A model generated the notes under the pieces. The model worked only from the letters and a program-made list of their open reading frames with translations. It had not been told where the DNA came from and did no database searches. Positions 1-8,764 of a stretch of DNA of 53,471 bases are shown here, piece by piece. Origin of the DNA: an uncultured Pirellulales bacterium (GTDB lineage: Bacteria > Planctomycetota > Planctomycetia > Pirellulales > Lacipirellulaceae); contig CAMYJY010000002.1 in assembly GCA_947258835.1 (NCBI GenBank), forward strand, positions 10,692 through 64,162. Direction: 5' to 3'. A program made the translations under genes and the position numbers. The stretch's first letter is position 1. Every line of letters begins with the position of its first letter.

Positions 1-331
1 TTTTTTTGACTTGGGTTGCCGCGTAATCCGCAATGACAATATCTGCCTCGGCGGCCGCCAAGCAAATCACTCCGCGGGCGTGTCCCATCATGATCGCGGT
101 CGTGGGCCGATCGTAGTGGCTGTACAGTTTTTCCAGGGCCATAACCTCCGGCTGCAAGGATGCGATCACCTCGCTGACCCCACGATAAATTTCTCGTACG
201 CGGGCCGTTAGTGAGCCGCGGGACATGCCGCGCACGACGCCTGCTTCCACCAGCTGCGGCTCTCCGGCGACGATACGCAGGACGCCGTAGCCGGTCGTGT
301 TGAGGCCTGGATCAATGCCCAAAATGTTCAT
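1..331 (-). CDS. ruvC: Holliday junction resolvase RuvC (3' end runs off the window)
   Basis: Not in the ORF track. Manual translation from ATG 331 gives MNILGIDPGLNTTGYGVL...MALEKLYSHY...MGHARGVICLAA...YAATQVKK, the RuvC motifs. ATGA overlap with the cysS stop. Confidence 0.93.
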   Translation of the reverse strand, partial: MNILGIDPGLNTTGYGVLRIVAGEPQLVEAGVVRGMSRGSLTARVREIYRGVSEVIASLQPEVMALEKLYSHYDRPTTAIMMGHARGVICLAAAEADIVIADYAATQVKK

Positions 332-2112
332 GATGTAGGAGTTCTACTCCACTCGGTGCCCCCCGCGCGGTCTTCCAACAGGATGCCGGCCGTGGCCAGG
401 CGATCGCGAATGGTGTCGGAGGTGGCAAAATCCTTGGCGGCCCGTGCCGTTTGCCGCAGTTCGATCAGCAGCTGGAGGAGTCCCTCCACGCTCTCGGCAT
501 CGCCTCCGCTCCAGTCGGTGCCTCCAGCGCGATCTTCCAGAACAATACCCAGGGGAGCGAGACGATCGCGAATGGTATCGGCTGTGGCAAAATCCTGATT
601 GGCGCGGGCTGCCGCGCGGAGGTCGATCAACAGCTGCAGTAGCTGGCCGAGCAGCTGGTCATCCGCCGCGCCGCCAGTGGCGGGTGGCTGGCCAAAAATT
701 CCTAGGATTGAGGTCAATTCTCGCAGCACCGTCGCCCCTTGGTGGAAGGATTCCAGTAGGGCTGGCTGGGGTTGGGAGTCCTCGAGACTGTTTTCATCAC
801 AGTATTTATTCAGCTTGCGTAACAGCTCAAACAGTTCGCCGATGGCCCCGCCCGTATTGAAGTCATCATCCATGGCTGCCAGGAATTTATCACGTGACGT
901 AGTAATTTCCTGATGCAGCGCACTGGCGGACGCTTCCACACCTCCGGTGGCCCGTGAGGTGGGTGGGCAGATATCGAAAAAACTGTTGCCGGTGATGCGC
1001 TGGTAACGCTTGAAGAAGCGATAAAAACTCTCCAGTCCCGTGCCGGCTTCTTGGATAGCCGGTTCGTTGAACAGGACCGTACTGCGGTAATGGGTGCGGA
1101 GTAGGAAGAACCGAATGCGCTCACCCGATTGGCGGGCGATCAGTTCCGCCAGACCGCCCGCGCCCTTGCTGCGGCTCATCTTACCGCTGGCCTCGTCCGT
1201 GGGCACTGCCGCCCTCGCTGTGGCCGGCGCCTCTGCCGCCCGTTCGCTGCGGCCACCTACCTTGCCGGCGGCTGCGGCGGCACGTAGCAGGCCATTGTGG
1301 GCCCAGTAGGTGACCATCGGTTGGTGGTGGCAGCATTCGCTTTGGGCAATTTCGTTTTCATGGTGGGGGAAGACGAGGTCCAGGCCACCGCCATGAATGT
1401 CAAAGGTTGGGCCGAGGAGTTTTTTGCTCATGGCCGAGCATTCGATATGCCAGCCGGGGCGTCCTGGCCCCCACGGGCTATCCCAGGCGGGTTCGTTCGG
1501 CTTGGCGGCCTTCCAGAGGGCAAAGTCCGCCAGCCCCCGTTTCCGCTCTCCCATGCTGCCGCCTTCGCCTTGCAGTTCGTCCACCTTACGGTTGCTGAGC
1601 TTGCCGTAGTCTGGGTCTTGGCTGACGTCGAAGTACACGTCGCCCTCGGCGGCATAAGCATAGTCGCTGTCGATCAGCTCACGAATCAAGGCGATGATAT
1701 CGTCCATGCACTCCGTGGCGCGGGGGAAATGATCCACTTGGTCCACACCCAAGGCCGTCAGGTTGCTCTGGTAGTCGGCAATGTTTTCCTCGGCCACTTC
1801 CAGCATGGAGATGCCGCGTTCCGCCGCTTTGTTGATCAATTTATCGTCCACGTCGGTGATGTTGACCACCCACGTCACGTCATAGCCGCAGTAGGTCAAA
1901 TAGCGCTTCATGCAATCAAAAATCACGGGGCCCACCATGTGGCCGATATGGGCCTTGTCGTACACCGTGGGGCCGCACAAATAGATTCCCACGGTTCCCG
2001 GGACCACGGTCCGCAGGGGTTCTTTGCGTTTGCTCAGCGTATTAAATATTTGCAGGGACGGATGGGGTTCGGAAAGCGCGGGCATTTTGTTTTTTGTGGT
2101 CGTGGCGGTCAT
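328..2112 (-). CDS. cysS: Cysteine--tRNA ligase
   Basis: YLCGPTVY, HIGH, NITDVDDK, GRPGWHIECSAM, DIHGGGLDLVFPHHENE, KMSRS (KMSKS variant) and AMDDDFNT motifs; duplicated C-terminal domain. Confidence 0.98.
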   Translation of the reverse strand: MTATTTKNKMPALSEPHPSLQIFNTLSKRKEPLRTVVPGTVGIYLCGPTVYDKAHIGHMVGPVIFDCMKRYLTYCGYDVTWVVNITDVDDKLINKAAERGISMLEVAEENIADYQSNLTALGVDQVDHFPRATECMDDIIALIRELIDSDYAYAAEGDVYFDVSQDPDYGKLSNRKVDELQGEGGSMGERKRGLADFALWKAAKPNEPAWDSPWGPGRPGWHIECSAMSKKLLGPTFDIHGGGLDLVFPHHENEIAQSECCHHQPMVTYWAHNGLLRAAAAAGKVGGRSERAAEAPATARAAVPTDEASGKMSRSKGAGGLAELIARQSGERIRFFLLRTHYRSTVLFNEPAIQEAGTGLESFYRFFKRYQRITGNSFFDICPPTSRATGGVEASASALHQEITTSRDKFLAAMDDDFNTGGAIGELFELLRKLNKYCDENSLEDSQPQPALLESFHQGATVLRELTSILGIFGQPPATGGAADDQLLGQLLQLLIDLRAAARANQDFATADTIRDRLAPLGIVLEDRAGGTDWSGGDAESVEGLLQLLIELRQTARAAKDFATSDTIRDRLATAGILLEDRAGGTEWSRTPTS

Positions 2113-2606
2113 GGTTTGGGGTGCGTTTTTTCTAGTAGGGCCACACAGTGGGCTTCCATGATTTGTCGTTCTCCGATGAGACCCAGGCCTTCTCCCGTTT
2201 TGGCCTTCACATTCACTTGTGTGACTTCGAGCCTGAGGATCTGGGCCACGGTCTCACAGATGCTTTTTTTATGCGGCGCCAGCGGCGGTGCTTCGGCCGC
2301 AATGACACAGTCGAGATTAACGGCTCTGTACCCGGCGGCTTGAACGTGTTGGTATGCCATCCGCAGCATCTCGGCTGAGTCTCGATCACGATTTTCTTCC
2401 TGGGTATTCGGGAACAACTGGCCAATGTCAGCCAGTCCCGCCGCACCGAGCAGGGCATCGGTGATCGCGTGGAGCAACACGTCCGCATCACTATGTCCGG
2501 CCGTGTGTTGGTCGTGTGGGATCTCGACGCCGCCCAAGCGCAAAGGGCCTCCAGAAACCAAGCGATGTCGATCGGTACCGAGGCCAATTCGTAAAGCGGT
2601 GGTCAT
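2109..2606 (-). CDS. ispF: 2-C-methyl-D-erythritol 2,4-cyclodiphosphate synthase
   Basis: RIGLGTDRHRL, GHSDADVLLHAITDALLGA, DIGQLFP and VKAKTGEGLG motifs; start placed at ATG 2606. Confidence 0.96.
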   Translation of the reverse strand: MTTALRIGLGTDRHRLVSGGPLRLGGVEIPHDQHTAGHSDADVLLHAITDALLGAAGLADIGQLFPNTQEENRDRDSAEMLRMAYQHVQAAGYRAVNLDCVIAAEAPPLAPHKKSICETVAQILRLEVTQVNVKAKTGEGLGLIGERQIMEAHCVALLEKTHPKP

Positions 2607-2654
2607 AGCGCGCGGATTATACTGCCCGGTGTCGCGGATCACAATGTGAGTCTG

Positions 2655-3680
2655 TCAGGCACGCATGCTCCGCGGTGGGTGCGAGCCAGGTCGGGCCGCC
2701 ATGTCAATCCACACGTGGCAATCTTCCTCAGCCGGTGCCGTAAGTCGCACATCCAGTCGGACACCATGCGCGAGTGCTTGGACGACCTTGATCCGGGTGG
2801 GATATCCGGGGAGAGGGTCTGCTTCAATTTCTGGCAAGTAGCTCAGCGGCGGGCAAAAACCCGCATGGACCACGGCCAGCCGTTGTCCTGGTTGAAAATC
2901 GGCTCGCAATGTGCCGTAGATCACCTCCTGGCCCTCGTCTTCGCGGACGCGGAACAGCTGTTGGACGATTCCCTCCGGCGTGGTCAGATTTTTGGCGGAT
3001 GGTGGCTGAGGCGGCTGTGTCGTAGCCTGTGGCAACAAATTGAGCGTGGATTCCGTAGTCGTTGGCAGCGGCAGGCGTGCAAAGAAGCTTTGTCGCCACA
3101 GTTGATCGGCCACCAGCACGGGAAGCCAGATCAGCCAATCGCAGGTGCGGTAACCCGGGTAGGAGCAGCCAACGGCCAGACAAATCAGGGCCAGAGACGA
3201 ACCCCAACCAATCACCGCGTCCAGCACTGAAAATGAATCCAGGCCAGCTGTCGGAAAGTTTCGCCGCCAGGCGATACGCGTGCCTACCAACAGACAGGTC
3301 ACGACCACTGCCGTGAACAAGAGGGTGCTTAGGGGCAAGTCGCCATCGGATGCGCCCAGTAGGCGGCGGGAAAGGAGCAGGATTCCCATCCCGAGCAGCA
3401 AACTGACCACGGACGTCAACGTGATAGCCAGGGCCGGTCGCGACTGAAACTGCCTACGAGCAAGACGCCAGGCGTCAGAACTTGCCCCCGGCTTGAACGG
3501 GGGACCCGCCCCCGGCTCGAACGGGGTGCCGCCAGCCGACGCGAGGGCGGCATGGCCTGCCCCCGGCTTGAACGGGGTGCCGCCGGCCAACGCGAGGGCG
3601 GCATGGCCGCCAGCCAACGCGAGCTCCCGCTCGGATGGTGTTGGCCCGCTTCCGTTGGTCGCTGGAATCTGCGCAGGCAT
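2655..3680 (-). CDS. Hypothetical membrane protein with repeat-derived N-terminal segment
   Basis: About 4 hydrophobic segments then a soluble domain (HAGFCPPL); co-oriented between metK and ispF; N-terminal ~65 aa encoded by repeat DNA, so the start is uncertain. Confidence 0.7.
   Translation of the reverse strand: MPAQIPATNGSGPTPSERELALAGGHAALALAGGTPFKPGAGHAALASAGGTPFEPGAGPPFKPGASSDAWRLARRQFQSRPALAITLTSVVSLLLGMGILLLSRRLLGASDGDLPLSTLLFTAVVVTCLLVGTRIAWRRNFPTAGLDSFSVLDAVIGWGSSLALICLAVGCSYPGYRTCDWLIWLPVLVADQLWRQSFFARLPLPTTTESTLNLLPQATTQPPQPPSAKNLTTPEGIVQQLFRVREDEGQEVIYGTLRADFQPGQRLAVVHAGFCPPLSYLPEIEADPLPGYPTRIKVVQALAHGVRLDVRLTAPAEEDCHVWIDMAARPGSHPPRSMRA
3484..3663. repeat. Tandem GCCCCCGGCTTGAACGGGG-type units plus a GCGAGCT(A/C)CCGCTCGG...TGGCCCGCT.CCGTTGGTCGCT module
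   Basis: Three CCCCGGCT(T/C)GAACGGGG units; 3606-3663 closely matches intergenic 36894-36951; a near reverse-complement unit lies at 53422-53445. Confidence 0.85.
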
Positions 3681-3768
3681 TAAATACTCTCACCGTTGGC
3701 AGTGCAGGATTTCAGTCCGTAGCTTACGAGACTCCCCTGCTACCGGCTGCAGCCGGTAGCTGTTTTTC

Positions 3769-4953
3769 CTACGAGGCCGCCGCTCCCGCGGCCACGGCGC
3801 TGGCCAATTGCTCGGCCATGTCCGTTTTTTCCCAGGTGAATTCTGGCTCGTGGCGACCAAAATGTCCGCCGGAGGCCGTTTTGCGAAAGATGGGGCGACG
3901 TAGGTCCAGGTGTTGGATGATGCCAGCCGGACTGAGCGGGAAGAGCTCCCGGACGGCCTGGCAGATCAGGTCATCCTCGACTTTGCCGGTGCCGGCGGTG
4001 TCAATCGCGATACTGACGGGCTCGGAAACACCGATGGCGTAGGCCAGCTGCACTTCGCACCGCTCTGCCAGCTCGGCGGCCACAATGTTTTTGGCGACGT
4101 AGCGGGCCATGTAGGCCGCACTGCGATCGACTTTGGTGGGGTCCTTGCCGCTAAAGGCTCCGCCTCCATGCCGACCCCAGCCCCCATACGTGTCCACGAT
4201 AATTTTCCGACCCGTGAGCCCACAATCGCCATGCGGACCACCGACGACAAAGCGGCCGGTAGGATTGATGTGGTAGGTGATATCTCCACCCGCCAGGCCG
4301 GCCGGCAACTCCGGCTGGATAATTTTTTCGATGATAAAATCACGAATTTCGTCATTGCTCACGTCCGGCGCATGTTGGGTAGAGACAACGACCGTATCGA
4401 TGCGGATCGGGGTGTGCCCATCGAATTCCACGGTGACCTGGCTCTTGCTATCGGGACGCAGCCAATCCACTTCGCCCGCCTGACGGGCCGCGGTGAGTCG
4501 ATTCAGGATGCGGTGGGAGAGGGCGATGGGCAGCGGCATCAGTTCGGGGGTGTCGTTGCAGGCATACCCGAACATCAATCCTTGATCGCCCGCGCCAATG
4601 TCTTTTCCTTGAGCCGCATCGTCATCGACCCCCATGGCGATATCAGGACTTTGCTCATCAATGGCCACCATCACGGCACAGTGATCGGCGCTGATGCCCA
4701 TACTGGCATCGGTATAGCCCACATCACGAATCACATCACGGACAATGGACTGCATATCGACCGAAGCCTCGGTCGATATCTCGCCCGCGATCACCACCAC
4801 GCCCGTGGTCACCATGGTCTCGCAGGCCACGCGACTTTGCGGGTCTTGGGCGAAGAGGGCGTCGAGCACGCCGTCAGAGATTTGATCGGCCAGCTTATCA
4901 GGATGCCCCATGCTGACCGCTTCGCTCGTAAATAAGTATTTTCCAGAGGCCAC
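3769..4953 (-). CDS. metK: S-adenosylmethionine synthase
   Basis: [41 protein letters not shown] and [19 protein letters not shown] motifs; likely GTG start at 4953 after GAGGAG. Confidence 0.98.
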   Translation of the reverse strand: MASGKYLFTSEAVSMGHPDKLADQISDGVLDALFAQDPQSRVACETMVTTGVVVIAGEISTEASVDMQSIVRDVIRDVGYTDASMGISADHCAVMVAIDEQSPDIAMGVDDDAAQGKDIGAGDQGLMFGYACNDTPELMPLPIALSHRILNRLTAARQAGEVDWLRPDSKSQVTVEFDGHTPIRIDTVVVSTQHAPDVSNDEIRDFIIEKIIQPELPAGLAGGDITYHINPTGRFVVGGPHGDCGLTGRKIIVDTYGGWGRHGGGAFSGKDPTKVDRSAAYMARYVAKNIVAAELAERCEVQLAYAIGVSEPVSIAIDTAGTGKVEDDLICQAVRELFPLSPAGIIQHLDLRRPIFRKTASGGHFGRHEPEFTWEKTDMAEQLASAVAAGAAAS

Positions 4954-5122
4954 GAATCTTTCTCCTCGACGGGTGATGTTATAGGAGTAAAAATCAAAAT
5001 AAATCCGACTACCGCGGATCGAACCCATCTGGGCGGGCTAGGCTGGCAGCTGCCGGACCCGCTAGTATAGGCGGCTAGTCAGGTGCTGTTCAAGCTGCTA
5101 GCTGCGCGTTTAGGGGGGCCCT

Positions 5123-5671
5123 ATGTCGTATGAAGTGGAGCAGAAGTATCCGGTGGCCGATCACCAGCAGGTTCAGGGGCGGTTGTCGGCCTTGGGTGCG
5201 GTCCGCGGTCCGTGTCAGACGCAAATCGATACCTACTACGCCCATCCGCAGCGTGATTTTGCCGAAACGGATGAAGCCTTACGGATTCGTCGTATCGATC
5301 AGGCCAACTGCATGACCTACAAAGGGCCCAAGTTGGATTCCACGACCAAGACGCGTCAAGAAATTGAGCTGACCATTGCCGGGGGGCCCGCAGGGGCTGC
5401 CGCTGGCGAGGCGATGTGGCAAGCACTCGGTTTTCGCAGAGTGGCCGAGGTGACCAAACAGCGGCAGCTATACCACCTCGACCGTGGCGGCATGCCCATC
5501 GAGTTGGCCTGCGACCAGGTGCAGGGAGTCGGGAATTTCGTGGAGCTGGAAATTGTGGTGGACGATCCAGCGGAACTCGATAGGGCCAGGCAAGCGCTAG
5601 CCGACTTAGCCCGTGCGTTGCACCTGGATGCCGTGGAACGCCGCAGCTATCTGGAGCTTTTGCTGGCATGA
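5123..5671 (+). CDS. CYTH domain protein (class IV adenylate cyclase / triphosphate tunnel metalloenzyme)
   Basis: N-terminal EVEQK (ExExK), QIDTYY, ALRIRR, TYKGPK, FVELE and RRSYLELL motifs. Confidence 0.9.
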   Translation: MSYEVEQKYPVADHQQVQGRLSALGAVRGPCQTQIDTYYAHPQRDFAETDEALRIRRIDQANCMTYKGPKLDSTTKTRQEIELTIAGGPAGAAAGEAMWQALGFRRVAEVTKQRQLYHLDRGGMPIELACDQVQGVGNFVELEIVVDDPAELDRARQALADLARALHLDAVERRSYLELLLA

Positions 5672-5705
5672 GCCCTGAGTGCTGGCGCAGGGAGAGCTCG
5701 TCTAA

Positions 5706-5803
5706 AGCAGCTTACGAAAATACGTGGTTGTGATCCACGTGAAAACCAAGGGGAGCCACGCAGTGCGACCCGCTGGCAGCACAACGCATTTTCGAAATTT
5801 GCT
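5706..5803. repeat. MITE-like element with imperfect terminal inverted repeats
   Basis: AGCAGCTTACGAAAATACG near 5706 versus CGCATTTTCGAAATTTGCT ending near 5803 (rc AGCAAATTTCGAAAATGCG); TA dinucleotides close to both ends. Confidence 0.45.
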
Positions 5804-5840
5804 ATAAACGATTACCCGCTGGATTTCCGCCACTCTCCTC

Positions 5841-5953
5841 CGTCATTCCCGCATTATTCCACGTCATTCCCGCATGATTCCACGTCATTCCCGCGCAGGC
5901 GGGAATCTAGACCACTGGCACTGCCACTGGATTCCCGCCTACGCGGGAATGAC
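5841..5953. repeat. GTCATTCCCGCG..GCGGGAATC palindromic repeat (ATTCCC-N8-GGGAAT, dRS3/REP-like) with two upstream 21-bp partial copies
   Basis: GTCATTCCCGCGCAGGCGGGAATC (5884-5907) and GATTCCCGCCTACGCGGGAATGAC (5930-5953) are inverted; the same element occurs at 21866 and 53171. Confidence 0.92.
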
Positions 5954-6099
5954 TGAAACCCGCCAACACTGCCACTGAAATCGTTAGCAGCCTTGGTTGC
6001 CACCTTCCATTTTGAACTTTCGCTCGCTTCGCCAATTTGCCATACTTCGCCCCGATCTAGCCGATCTAGGCTTTCATTTCTGAGAACTGGGTGTAGTAG

Positions 6100-7401
6100 A
6101 TGAAAATATTCTTCTCGGTAGGCGAACCAAGTGGTGACCTGCATGGGGCCAATCTGATTCACTCACTCCGTCAGCGGCATGCGGATTGGGAATACGTGGG
6201 CTATGGGGGCCCGCGGATGGCCGCGGCAGGCTGTCAGTTGCAGGCAGATCTGACGCAGCTGGCCGTGATGTGGGTGGCCCAGGCGGTACTCCATTTGCGC
6301 CGGTTTTTGCAGTTGGTAGCGGAGGCGGACACCTATTTCCGCCAGCAGCGGCCCGATCTGGTCGTGCTCATCGACTATCCGGGTTTCAATTGGTGGATTG
6401 CCCGCAAGGCCAAGGCCGCCGGGATTCCGGTGGTCTATTATGGAACGCCTCAGTTATGGGCCTGGGCCAGCTGGCGGGTGCGTAAAATGCGGCGGTTGGT
6501 CGATCACGTACTTTGCAAGCTGCCCTTTGAAGAAACATGGTTCCGCCGGCGGGGTTGTCAGGCGACCTTTGTGGGACATCCGTATTTTGACGAGCTGGCC
6601 ACGCGTCAGTTGGATGCCGCCTTTGTGGAAAAACAGCGCCGCCTGCCGGGGCCGCTGGTGACGATCCTCCCCGGTTCCCGCGATCAGGAAGTCGCCGGCA
6701 ATTTGCCGACGTTTCTGCAAGCGGCTGCGAAAATTAGCGAGCAGATACCGACGACACGTTTTGCCATTGCCGTGTATCAGCAATCGCAAGTGGAACATGT
6801 CCAGCAGCTCGTGCGGCAAGTGGGTTTGGTCACCGAGGTGCACACGGGGCGTACGGCAGAACTGATTGAGTCGGCCACGTGCTGCCTGGCCTGTTCCGGT
6901 TCGGTATCCTTGGAGCTGTTGTATCACGCCAAGCCGTCGGCCATTTTGTATCGGATTTCGCGTCTGGGATATGTGGTGCAATGGATGTTTCGCAAAGTAC
7001 GTTATATTACGCTAGTCAACCTGCTGACGGCCCCGGATCCCTTTGCGGAGTGCCTGCCCTTGGCTGGCACGGAGGGCCACCAGCCGTTGGCCCGCTCCCG
7101 TTGGTCGCTCAAGGTTGCGCCGTGGGCAAAAATTTTTGCCTGTTGCAGGGGAGCAGGCAATTACGATCCGGCGGATCCTCGAGACGAGCATGTCTTGATG
7201 CCGGAGTATCTGACGCACAAAGATTGTAGTCAGGCCTTGGCACAGCACCTCACCGACTGGCTGGCGGATGATGCGTTGCGGGGGCAGGTCGTCAGCCGGC
7301 TGGAACAGCTGACAGCGGAGGTAGCCCACGGCGGGGCCTCCGAGCGGGCCGCGGACTACATTTCGAGGCTGCTGTTGTCCCCTCCGGCTGCTGCTGCTTA
7401 G
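6100..7401 (+). CDS. lpxB: Lipid-A-disaccharide synthase
   Basis: SVGEPSGDLHGA, LIDYPGFN, PQLWAWASWR, LPFEE, FVGHP, LPGSR and YITLVNLL motifs; extra segment of about 35 aa near the C-terminus. Confidence 0.96.
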   Translation: MKIFFSVGEPSGDLHGANLIHSLRQRHADWEYVGYGGPRMAAAGCQLQADLTQLAVMWVAQAVLHLRRFLQLVAEADTYFRQQRPDLVVLIDYPGFNWWIARKAKAAGIPVVYYGTPQLWAWASWRVRKMRRLVDHVLCKLPFEETWFRRRGCQATFVGHPYFDELATRQLDAAFVEKQRRLPGPLVTILPGSRDQEVAGNLPTFLQAAAKISEQIPTTRFAIAVYQQSQVEHVQQLVRQVGLVTEVHTGRTAELIESATCCLACSGSVSLELLYHAKPSAILYRISRLGYVVQWMFRKVRYITLVNLLTAPDPFAECLPLAGTEGHQPLARSRWSLKVAPWAKIFACCRGAGNYDPADPRDEHVLMPEYLTHKDCSQALAQHLTDWLADDALRGQVVSRLEQLTAEVAHGGASERAADYISRLLLSPPAAAA

Positions 7402-7421
7402 AGGATAAAGGGGATCAAACG

Positions 7422-8180
7422 ATGCTTGCCGAGCCTCCTCCGAGTCAGGCGGATATTCACTTTCGCCTCTGGGATATCCCCGTACGTATCCACCCTTTCT
7501 TTTGGCTGATCACGCTGATACTGTTTGGATGGCGTGATGAATCGCCGCCGCTGGAGGTGTTGTTGTGGGTCCTGGCCGTGGTAATTTCGATTTTGATACA
7601 CGAGTTGGGGCACGCCCTGACACAACGTCATTTTGGCGGCCAACCTCGGATTGTGCTGCATAGTTTGGGCGGCTTGGCAATTTGCCAAGATTGCGATCGC
7701 ACGACCCGTGCGCAAATACTGATTTCGTTGGCCGGTCCGGCGGCCGGTTTTGCCTGCGCGGCAGCCGTCTGGCTGGGCTTGTTGCTCACCGGGCATCAGC
7801 CGGGCCTGGTCGCCGCGAGTGCAGGTCCGGTTGCTCCGCCGTGGATGGTCATTTTGGGTGTGAAGGTGCACTGGCTAGGTTTTCCAAACACGGCCATCAA
7901 CCTGCTGGTGGCCAATCTGTTGCGGATCAATATTCTCTGGGGTTTGATGAACTTGCTGCCCATTTATCCCCTCGATGGTGGGCAGGTGGCCCGCGAACTC
8001 TGTTTATTGGGAAATCCACGGCAAGGCATGCTGCTGTCCTTGCGGATTTCCGTGTTTGCGGCAGCTGCCATGGTTTTGTGGGGCATCACCGAGAAATCGC
8101 TGTTCCTGGCGGTCATGTTTGGTTACCTGGCCTACGCCAGCTGGAAGACGTTGGAGAACTATCGTGCCAGCCTGTGGTGA
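7422..8180 (+). CDS. Site-2 protease family (M50) membrane metalloprotease
   Basis: HELGH zinc motif, ISLAGP and NLLPIYPLDGG; several transmembrane segments. Confidence 0.93.
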   Translation: MLAEPPPSQADIHFRLWDIPVRIHPFFWLITLILFGWRDESPPLEVLLWVLAVVISILIHELGHALTQRHFGGQPRIVLHSLGGLAICQDCDRTTRAQILISLAGPAAGFACAAAVWLGLLLTGHQPGLVAASAGPVAPPWMVILGVKVHWLGFPNTAINLLVANLLRINILWGLMNLLPIYPLDGGQVARELCLLGNPRQGMLLSLRISVFAAAAMVLWGITEKSLFLAVMFGYLAYASWKTLENYRASLW

Positions 8181-8663
8181 GCCAGCGCCGCCATCAGTTG
8201 TTTACTCAAAGTGAAAACAGGTATCTCTAGTACTGGCCGGTTTGGGCCGGAAAAGCCCACTCCATCCGCCTCTCAAACAGGTTTCTTGGTGAGCTGCCGC
8301 GGTGCGGAAACGGGGGCTGTTTTCTCGGGCTTTACCGGGTTTTCAGTTTGAGTTGTTTATGGGAGGCAGCGATTGGTGGCCATGGCACGGGGCCATGAGC
8401 TTCGCCCAGGTCAATAGTAAGGCACAACATCTAGTGATCCACGCCCGAGAAAGGCATTTTTCAACTAGATATGCTGTTTCACTGTGAGGGCGATTGGTTG
8501 CTCATGGGGGACGCTGGAGGCCTGGTTTGGTTCGCGCGGCGCGGTTTACGGGCATCTATTGCAAGCCAATCGGTGTGGCAGTCAGGCCACTTCCCTCCGT
8601 GCTACCGATTGTGAAAATTCTTGATGCGTGCACGATATGGATCACCAAGGAGAGCGGAAAAGC

Positions 8664-8705
8664 ATGTGAGATGTGAGATGTGAGATGTGAGATTTGTGAT
8701 GTGAT
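8664..8705. repeat. Heptamer tandem repeat (ATGTGAG)x4 plus degenerate copies
   Basis: Directly visible at 8664-8691. Confidence 0.9.
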
Positions 8706-8764
8706 CTTCGGCTATGCTTTGTACCCCTGGAGGCCCTTCCGTCCTGCAAACCGTGTCAGCTGCG

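Noticed and set aside
5854-6162. Short ORFs containing SFPRRRES / DSRLRGND, KNVPDP or GVQRPGGMAVP peptides (also 21931, 38796-39187, 52940)
   Set aside because: These are translations of the intergenic repeats, not independent genes.
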